From positions 595 through 64,594 of the forward strand of contig DATJWE010000230.1 of assembly GCA_035501475.1 (NCBI GenBank): a stretch of 64,000 bases of DNA, written 5' to 3'. The notes beneath the pieces are model-generated. The model was not told the DNA's origin. It searched no databases and saw only the letters and a program-made list of their open reading frames with translations. Shown piece by piece: positions 8,366-15,315 of the stretch (its first letter is position 1; the number at the start of each line of letters is the position of its first letter). Origin of the DNA: Puia sp. (GTDB lineage: Bacteria > Bacteroidota > Bacteroidia > Chitinophagales > Chitinophagaceae). The position numbers and the translations under genes were made by a program.

Positions 8366-10387
8366 ATGAAAAACATCTTTCTTTTTTTATTTTTTTCAGC
8401 CTGTTTGTCGTCGATTCGGTCGGCAGGCCAGCAACCTCCAAAAGAAGATGCCCAAGCTATACTGGCCAGGGCACAGAAGATGCTGGACTCTGTGGCAAAA
8501 GCCAGGGGAATAAAAAGTCCTGATTTAAAAAGCATGACTGCTAACATGCCTAGTACGATGGGAACAAGTTTATCCAAACCCGACAGCCTTAAGTATTCCA
8601 TTCCACCGAGAAACGAAGGAGCACTTGCAGCCATTCCCCAAAAAACGTTATCGAAAGATGATTTAAAAAATTTTATCACAGGAGTCGATAAAAGATTGAC
8701 TGACATTCTCAAAAACGCAGGTGCTCAACTCCCCAATGTAGAATCATACGATGCAGGCACTTTATGCCAGGGAGCGATTATGAATCTCTTGCAAGGTGGT
8801 GGTGACGAAACCGCATGGCTGGCCATAAAAGCTATAGAAAAGGCTCCCGGAAATATTCTCGTCTTAAATAACTGCGGAGCCGTTTTAAATGGTTGCGGTT
8901 TTCAGCCCGTTGCTGTCCCTGTATTGCAAATAGCGCTGGACAAATCACCCAACAATAGCACCATTCAAAATAATTTGGGGCAGGCCTATATTGCATTGGG
9001 TGACGTACAAAAAGCGATGCTATATCTTCAGCAGTGTATCACAAAATCACCCCAAAATCCTCACGCCAATTTTTCGCTGGCTTGTATTTACAATTCAAGA
9101 GGAGACAAGGCCTCTGCATTAAAGTATGTTGAAAACTCTTTGCGCGGATCTTTCTCCGATGGCGCCTGGCATCTCCTTTACAAATTGAAAAAGGATCCAA
9201 AACTGATGGACTATATGAAAGATCGCTACCAGCAGCCAGTATATTTTGATGAAGACAAATATCACCTGCCGATGCAGTGTGAAAAAGTAGCCGACATTGG
9301 TGACAAGCAGGGTGAATATAAAAAATATCACACGATGGTTGAATCTGCCAAAAGACAAATGATGCAGATAGCAAATGAAGAAATGGAACTTGGAAAAAAA
9401 TCAATGCAGGAAAATATACAGAACTCAAGACAAAGCAATATTGCCAATGCGCCTTTTGCAGAATTGGGAAGCGCCATGCTGCTGGATATCTCGAACAAGA
9501 TGACAGAAGATGGGGGCCCTGAGATTGGTAAAAGACAAAAGGAATATAGGGACTCAATAAAAAGTCTGAATGACGAATACCTGAAGAAAAGAAACAATGC
9601 GCATTCCTGTCAGGAAGAAACAGGCCTGGCAAATCAATACATGGAGAAGATGGCTTTTGTCACGACGGAATACCAGAAAGCTTATCTGAGAATCTATAAA
9701 GATTATTATACTGATAATATTTTCTGGGGATTTTTTGCATATCCCGATGAACATATTAAGAAAGGCTTTTTTTGCAAATATGCGGCGAGCCTACTGGCTG
9801 TATTATCCCAACTTGCGGAAACCCATTTTTTAACCACCTGCGAAGCGCCTCCTGAAGTAGAAAAAGACACTGATAAAGTAGAAATACCTCGGCCTGATTG
9901 CCCAATCAATGTCGACCTGAATGTGATTGTTGGAAGCCTGCATCTTGATTGTGAAAAAATAAAATTCAGCACAAAAAGAGAATTTGGTGAAATAGGATTG
10001 CTCTTGGATGTAGAACATACATTCAATAAACACAGAACCACTATTGTAGTCGGCGCCGGGGTGGATGTGACTTTTGAAAAATCAGTAGGTAATCTCAAGG
10101 GAGAAGCGAGTGCAGCAGGAAAAATGCAATACTTCCTGACATTCGACGGAACCAGGCCTGCAGACATGGGCATGATCTGGAAAGGGGGAGTTTCATATAA
10201 GGAACAAATAACGAATGATTACGGTTTCAAAAACATTACTACGACAGATGCAGACTATACGATGACGACTACGTTAAGTGTGGTCAACGGATATGGTTTC
10301 GAAGGGGGAATTTATAAGCAGATAGATAAGGTCATGGGTATTCCTCCTGAGAAACAGATGAACCAGAATGTAAAAATCTACAAATAA
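8366..10387 (+). CDS. Exported TPR / coiled-coil protein with a Cys-bracketed beta-rich C-terminal domain (function unknown), cassette A
   Basis: Signal peptide MKNIFLFLFFSACLSSIRSAGQ at the internal ATG 8366. TPR units (NNLGQAYIALGDVQKAMLYLQQCITKSPQNPHANFSLACIYNSRGDKASALKYVENSL) and a K/E/Q-rich helical middle. The C-terminal domain starts at CPINVDL...LDCEKIKF. It is a full-length paralog of 20776-22869. Confidence 0.8.
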   Translation: MKNIFLFLFFSACLSSIRSAGQQPPKEDAQAILARAQKMLDSVAKARGIKSPDLKSMTANMPSTMGTSLSKPDSLKYSIPPRNEGALAAIPQKTLSKDDLKNFITGVDKRLTDILKNAGAQLPNVESYDAGTLCQGAIMNLLQGGGDETAWLAIKAIEKAPGNILVLNNCGAVLNGCGFQPVAVPVLQIALDKSPNNSTIQNNLGQAYIALGDVQKAMLYLQQCITKSPQNPHANFSLACIYNSRGDKASALKYVENSLRGSFSDGAWHLLYKLKKDPKLMDYMKDRYQQPVYFDEDKYHLPMQCEKVADIGDKQGEYKKYHTMVESAKRQMMQIANEEMELGKKSMQENIQNSRQSNIANAPFAELGSAMLLDISNKMTEDGGPEIGKRQKEYRDSIKSLNDEYLKKRNNAHSCQEETGLANQYMEKMAFVTTEYQKAYLRIYKDYYTDNIFWGFFAYPDEHIKKGFFCKYAASLLAVLSQLAETHFLTTCEAPPEVEKDTDKVEIPRPDCPINVDLNVIVGSLHLDCEKIKFSTKREFGEIGLLLDVEHTFNKHRTTIVVGAGVDVTFEKSVGNLKGEASAAGKMQYFLTFDGTRPADMGMIWKGGVSYKEQITNDYGFKNITTTDADYTMTTTLSVVNGYGFEGGIYKQIDKVMGIPPEKQMNQNVKIYK

Positions 10388-10395
10388 AGAAAATC

Positions 10396-11502
10396 ATGCG
10401 TAAAATATTTTTATTGATTTTATTCTTTTCTTCTGTGAATTGCATACTCGCCCAGGAAGCCTGCAATGATGCGCTTATCCTCCAGGTCAAAGGCAGTTGG
10501 AAAAAAGACCCTGATGCAAACATGAATGCCGGTAAAAATATAACTGTTATCAATAATCGAATTGACAATATCAGCGAGCTTTTTAAAACAGCATACCCGG
10601 ATCCAAGAGGAATTGAAGCGAAATGGTACCGAAGCATGGGAGCCTACCAAATCAACAAGAAAATAACTGCTTACAGCTTTCAATCATTGTATTTACCCTG
10701 GTATTGCAACCAACACCTGAAAAAAATGATGAAAAGTGACGAAACCGGAACCTGGGTCATTGTATCTGTCAACAGTTTCGGCGATTTCTTAACTGACCAA
10801 TACGATATGCTTCAAATACATGTTCATGAAAATCCTGTATACCTGTTGCCCAAACAAAATGGTGAATGGAAGGGTTATCCACTGTATCAAACACGTGCGT
10901 GGCGGGAAAGAAATTATTGCATTATTATTATGCATGAAGGGCAATTGCCCTGGAAAGCCATCACCCAGGAACAATACCTGAAAGCTATCCGGGCACAATG
11001 GGAAGAACAAAAAACCAAATTATCCGCCGGTTATGCCATCAATGAAGACAATCTAAAAAAATCAATTGCCGATAATGAAAAGAATCCCAACCTAAAAGAG
11101 GCAGACAAAGAAAAAATAAATGCATCCCTGCAGAAGCAATTGGAGGAAATTCAAAAAGAAGAAAAGGAAAATGCACCGAAAATGAACAAAGGTATGGATG
11201 ACAAAATCGCTGTAATTGATAATTATTTAAGTAAAACAAACTCTTCGACTCTCCAGGGGCCGGCAATCATGGATCGAAATACGGCCGGAGATTTTAGAGG
11301 AACATTTTCTACGGATGCAACAAAAGGAATTACACTTGTAACAGTTAACCCGGATTACTTCGATAACAAATTGCCTGACTATACGCCGCAACTAATGGTT
11401 CTGCTCTGGCGTTGGGACAATAATGCGCCATCGATGGATTTTAAAAAACAATTCGAAGAAAATTTCCCCGTTGAAAAATTAAGAGCCATGCTCGATAAAT
11501 AA
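10396..11502 (+). CDS. Exported hypothetical protein (368 aa)
   Basis: Signal peptide MRKIFLLILFFSSVNCILAQ and an 8-nt gap to the upstream gene. It has a central K/E-rich helical segment and no domain I recognise. Confidence 0.7.
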   Translation: MRKIFLLILFFSSVNCILAQEACNDALILQVKGSWKKDPDANMNAGKNITVINNRIDNISELFKTAYPDPRGIEAKWYRSMGAYQINKKITAYSFQSLYLPWYCNQHLKKMMKSDETGTWVIVSVNSFGDFLTDQYDMLQIHVHENPVYLLPKQNGEWKGYPLYQTRAWRERNYCIIIMHEGQLPWKAITQEQYLKAIRAQWEEQKTKLSAGYAINEDNLKKSIADNEKNPNLKEADKEKINASLQKQLEEIQKEEKENAPKMNKGMDDKIAVIDNYLSKTNSSTLQGPAIMDRNTAGDFRGTFSTDATKGITLVTVNPDYFDNKLPDYTPQLMVLLWRWDNNAPSMDFKKQFEENFPVEKLRAMLDK

Positions 11503-11511
11503 AACCTTCAA

Positions 11512-12882
11512 ATGAAATTAGTCATCTTCCTCATTGCAACAATTCTTTCCATGACAGATATATGCGCACAAAAAGAAAAATTTGATATCGCTAGTTTCAT
11601 TCCTCCAAAAGGATGGCAGCGCTTGGACTCGAATGGAATGGTCCTTTTTCAAAATATCAGAACGAATAATGGGTCAACCCGTTTCTGCCAGATTTTTTTA
11701 TTTCCGAGCCTGGCAAGCACCGGAGATCCTGCGAAAGATTTCGCTTCTGAATGGAATCGCATAGTCGTGAGAGCAACACACACTCAACAAAACCTGACCA
11801 CCGAAACTCAAAAAACTCCCGATGGTTGGATTGAAACAACCGGTTATGCCAATGTTCAGCAACAGGGAATTACTTATACCTGTATGCTTGTTTCTATTTC
11901 GGGATTTGGTAAAGTCATGAGTGTAATGGTGAACGTAGCGGGCCAGGAATTTATGGGAGAAGTGCAGCTTTTTTTTAATAATATGGATATGCGCGCTCCT
12001 GTCGTTTTGGGGGATTTGAATTCTAATCAAAAGCCCCCAGATGCGAGCACAGGAAGTCTTTCTGATTATGTATACACAGCGCCGCCCGGTTGGAGTATAA
12101 AACAATACTCGGATGGTATTGTAATTTCTGCGCCGGATCATGGGAACGAAAGATGTTTACTATCGTTATGGCCTATGCGAAATGCAGGAAGCGATCTATG
12201 GACGGATGCAAACAATATTTTCGCTGAGGTATTTAAAGGTTACCAGCCAAAAAATAATGGCTTAACACCCAACTCTATTATTAAAGGAATTTCGCCACAG
12301 GGCTGGGAATATGTCATCATCAAAAAATCAATTGGCATCAATGGATACGCGACAGTATTTGGTTTTTTGTTTGTAGCCAGACTCGGAAATCAACTGGCTC
12401 CAATCTCCGGAATATCCAAAGATCCGATGGTGAGTGCGTGTTTCGGGTTATTGCAAACAGATGTATGGCCGAAATTTTTTTACAGTCTTCAATTCAGGAA
12501 CTGGAAAAATTCCGCACCCGGCATTTCAAAGCAAATCATTGGTGACTGGATTGGCGGTGGAGCTACAGCTGCAGGCAAATTCAGTTTCGCTCCCAATGGA
12601 AGATATGCCAACGCGGAGGCCTCACAACAATATCATTCGATGTCCGATGGTGAAGTGCTTGCTACCACACAGGGATTTTTTGGAGATGGAGCTTATACAC
12701 TCAAAGGAAACCAGATAACGCTGATCAAAGACAGAGACAAAAATAATCCTGAACATGGTTATATCAGGGTTGAAGAAGAAAGCATTGACAATGGCATAAA
12801 CTGGACTGAAAAATTATTCCTGCTCAGAACATCTTCAGTTGATGGTAAGGAATACGAAGTAAGTTTAAGAAGAATGAAATAA
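11512..12882 (+). CDS. Exported hypothetical protein (456 aa) with an internal domain duplication
   Basis: Signal peptide MKLVIFLIATILSMTDICAQ and a 9-nt gap to the upstream gene. The block FIPPKGWQRLDSNGMVLF...RFCQIFLFP recurs as YTAPPGWSIKQYSDGIVIS...RCLLSLWP. Confidence 0.7.
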   Translation: MKLVIFLIATILSMTDICAQKEKFDIASFIPPKGWQRLDSNGMVLFQNIRTNNGSTRFCQIFLFPSLASTGDPAKDFASEWNRIVVRATHTQQNLTTETQKTPDGWIETTGYANVQQQGITYTCMLVSISGFGKVMSVMVNVAGQEFMGEVQLFFNNMDMRAPVVLGDLNSNQKPPDASTGSLSDYVYTAPPGWSIKQYSDGIVISAPDHGNERCLLSLWPMRNAGSDLWTDANNIFAEVFKGYQPKNNGLTPNSIIKGISPQGWEYVIIKKSIGINGYATVFGFLFVARLGNQLAPISGISKDPMVSACFGLLQTDVWPKFFYSLQFRNWKNSAPGISKQIIGDWIGGGATAAGKFSFAPNGRYANAEASQQYHSMSDGEVLATTQGFFGDGAYTLKGNQITLIKDRDKNNPEHGYIRVEEESIDNGINWTEKLFLLRTSSVDGKEYEVSLRRMK

Positions 12883-12935
12883 TATACCATATCAAAAAAT
12901 TCTTCATCATCTAAAGCAGAGCAACTCATCTTCTA

Positions 12936-12952
12936 TAACCTTCATTCTATTG
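12936..12952 (+). promoter_or_regulatory. Cassette promoter-like motif TAACCTTCATTCTATTG upstream of lipoprotein A
   Basis: A copy of the shared 17-nt motif, 43 nt before the ATG at 12996. Confidence 0.45.
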
Positions 12953-12995
12953 CTAAGGGTTTTTGTGGATAGTAGTTTTGAAAAAACCTTAGCGT

Positions 12996-14441
12996 ATGTA
13001 TGTACGACTCTTCCCCTATCGGTTTTCCCTCTTTACAGTCATTCTGTTTTTAATAAGCGGATGTATAAAAAATAATATCACAGGCACAAATTCAGGCACT
13101 CCGCCTCAACAACCACAAGCCACATCAGTTGGAACAACAACCGGTGATCAGGTTAGCCAGGTAATAGGACCAGGTGGTGGCTCGATTGCTTCCAGCGACA
13201 ATAGTGTTGAACTGGTAATTCCGGCCGGCGCATTGAGTTCTAGTACAACAATTACAATGCAACCCATTACCAATAATTGTCCGGGTGGACTCACTACAGG
13301 ATTCAGGTTTGGCCCCGATGGCTTGCACTTCAATCAGCCTGCCACAATGAAAATACATTACACCGCTGACATCCTTGGCAGCGCGTTCTCTGATTTCATG
13401 GGTATAGCATATCAGGATTCAAGCGGATATTGGCACAGAATAAAAGAATTGACAAATGACACCGTGAACAAAGTACTCACTGCAACCATTAAACATTTTA
13501 CTGACTATGCGCCATTTTCTTTGCTCATAATACATCCTCCTGCTGCCACGTTAAGACCAACCCAAACACTGAATTTGCAGGTACAGGTCGCCGAATCAGA
13601 TGATGATGATCTCCCTCCATTGTCCGGGCCCGATGGTCCTCCGGATGTCACTGCTGATCCTTACATCATTGTTTACAAAGACGGGAAATGCAACTGGGAG
13701 ATCAATGGTGGTCAGCAAAGCGCAAGCGCCGGCCAGTTTATTACAGATAACGGAACACTTAATATCACTTATCAGGCGCCTGACCAGGTACCGCAAACCG
13801 GCAATCCGGTAGCTGTGTCAGCAACAATTGATATGGGAGGAATGAAGTTGGACGGAAAAAAATACAATAAAACAATCCTTGTTTCTAATATCACCATCTC
13901 CGACAAATTGGTTTACCAGGTAGATCTTAAAATGGATGATGACGGGACTGGCGAATCGCCGAGTGGAACATTAAATGTCGAGTACAGAGATGAAGTCACA
14001 TTTAAATTGACAATGGTTTATGCCGTCAATCAGGGTGTCGATACAGCTATTTTTTCAGATATCCAAAACCAGGCGCCGACGATCGATCCATCATATTACC
14101 AGGACAAGAGTGGTTGTTCATCCTGCTCGGTAACTTATACCTGGCAATCGGATCCCAACGGCATGATAAATATTGATGGCGGGCATGGTATTGGAACTTC
14201 AGGACCCCAGGGTGAAAACATATCGCTCACTTTTAGTGGTAACGGAACATCCCCCAAATGGCAAACTGTAATTTGCGGCGATTTTGGCTGTGCAACCTCC
14301 TATTCAGGAGGAACTTCTTCCGGTAACTTTCCTTATGGCATGGAGTTTACAGATACAAAAGAACAGCAGAGCGTAGTACTTACTTCAAATCCTGTCAGCG
14401 GCCTTCCTGTAATAACAGCGGCAATAACACCACAACATTAA
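12996..14441 (+). CDS. Lipoprotein with an N-terminal ZU5-like domain ending in HFTD (function unknown), cassette A
   Basis: Lipobox LISGC at C23. GPGGGSIASSDNSVELVIPAGAL...FRFGPDGLHFNQPATMKIHY...IAYQ...TATIKHFTDYAPF fits the ZU5 pattern as I remember it. It is a paralog of 19081-20502. Confidence 0.75.
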   Translation: MYVRLFPYRFSLFTVILFLISGCIKNNITGTNSGTPPQQPQATSVGTTTGDQVSQVIGPGGGSIASSDNSVELVIPAGALSSSTTITMQPITNNCPGGLTTGFRFGPDGLHFNQPATMKIHYTADILGSAFSDFMGIAYQDSSGYWHRIKELTNDTVNKVLTATIKHFTDYAPFSLLIIHPPAATLRPTQTLNLQVQVAESDDDDLPPLSGPDGPPDVTADPYIIVYKDGKCNWEINGGQQSASAGQFITDNGTLNITYQAPDQVPQTGNPVAVSATIDMGGMKLDGKKYNKTILVSNITISDKLVYQVDLKMDDDGTGESPSGTLNVEYRDEVTFKLTMVYAVNQGVDTAIFSDIQNQAPTIDPSYYQDKSGCSSCSVTYTWQSDPNGMINIDGGHGIGTSGPQGENISLTFSGNGTSPKWQTVICGDFGCATSYSGGTSSGNFPYGMEFTDTKEQQSVVLTSNPVSGLPVITAAITPQH

Positions 14442-14481
14442 TACAAAGCTTTCCCCAAATCCATTCTAAAATAAAATCGTT

Positions 14482-15141
14482 ATGAAAAAAATATTCCTCT
14501 TCTTATTGATCTCAACACCGCTGTTTGTATTCAGCCAGAAGGACAGCGTAACCACTGCAAAACAAAACCCCAACGCGAAAACCACTTATTTCGGAGTCAA
14601 GGCCGGGCTTAATTTCTCCAATGTCACCAATGCCTCTTCTATCAGCGCCAGCAATCAGACAGGCTGGCACGCGGGAATCCTCGCTAATCTCGGAGGCAAA
14701 CTAATCTGTTTCCGGTTGGAAGTATTGTATTCCCAACAGGGATATGGTTATTCCACCGATTCCTCTTCAGGAGCATTCACACATCAGTATATTTCGATGT
14801 CGCAATTGATCGGCATCAACATCACTCACTTTGTACAGTTGCAATTCGGCGGACAAACGGGATACCTGCTTAATGCAAAAGCGACGAACAAGACCTCTAC
14901 AGGAAATGCAACTGCGGATAATATCCTGAGTTATTATAATCGTTTTGATTATGGCTATGGTGGAGGGATTGAAATCCATCCGATCGCGGGCCTGCTGATC
15001 GGAGCCAGGTATAATATCAGTTTGTCCAATTTGTATAATAATACATTTTCCACTTCATCAGGCGGATCCTATAGCACTTCTACACCCAGCATCGATTTCA
15101 AAAATAACGTGGTCCAGATTTTTGCGGGTTGGAAATTTTGA
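14482..15141 (+). CDS. Small outer-membrane beta-barrel (porin-family / OMP_b-brl_2-like), cassette A
   Basis: Signal peptide, then FGVKAGLNFSNVT...GARYNISLSNLY...VQIFAGWKF with a terminal aromatic residue. It is a paralog of 24074-24760. Confidence 0.8.
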   Translation: MKKIFLFLLISTPLFVFSQKDSVTTAKQNPNAKTTYFGVKAGLNFSNVTNASSISASNQTGWHAGILANLGGKLICFRLEVLYSQQGYGYSTDSSSGAFTHQYISMSQLIGINITHFVQLQFGGQTGYLLNAKATNKTSTGNATADNILSYYNRFDYGYGGGIEIHPIAGLLIGARYNISLSNLYNNTFSTSSGGSYSTSTPSIDFKNNVVQIFAGWKF

Positions 15142-15189
15142 TGTGCAAGATATTTGTACCCCCATTAACCGTACCTTATCCTTTGTGCG

Positions 15190-15219
15190 AATGCTGAATG
15201 TATTTGTGCGTTCAGCATT
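15190..15219 (+). terminator. Hairpin after OM barrel A (terminator-like)
   Basis: AATGCTGAA-12 nt-TTCAGCATT followed by TCGCGTTT. Confidence 0.35.
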
Positions 15220-15237
15220 TCGCGTTTAGCCTCCTGA

Positions 15238-15254
15238 TAACTTTCGTTCTATTT
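15238..15254 (+). promoter_or_regulatory. Cassette promoter-like motif TAACTTTCGTTCTATTT upstream of kinase B
   Basis: A copy of the shared 17-nt motif; the last base is T rather than G. Confidence 0.4.
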
Positions 15255-15315
15255 CTGCTTTACCAGCCTTCCGGTTTTCATTTTGCTTTAAAAAATAGTA
15301 AATTCAGAAAAATTT

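Noticed and set aside
9039-9632. A 197-aa minus-strand ORF, and several other 60-155-aa ORFs, antisense to the TPR protein A gene.
   Set aside because: They lie entirely inside a long ORF that has a full-length paralog. Their translations are low-complexity with no signal or motif, so they are shadow ORFs of an AT-rich coding strand.
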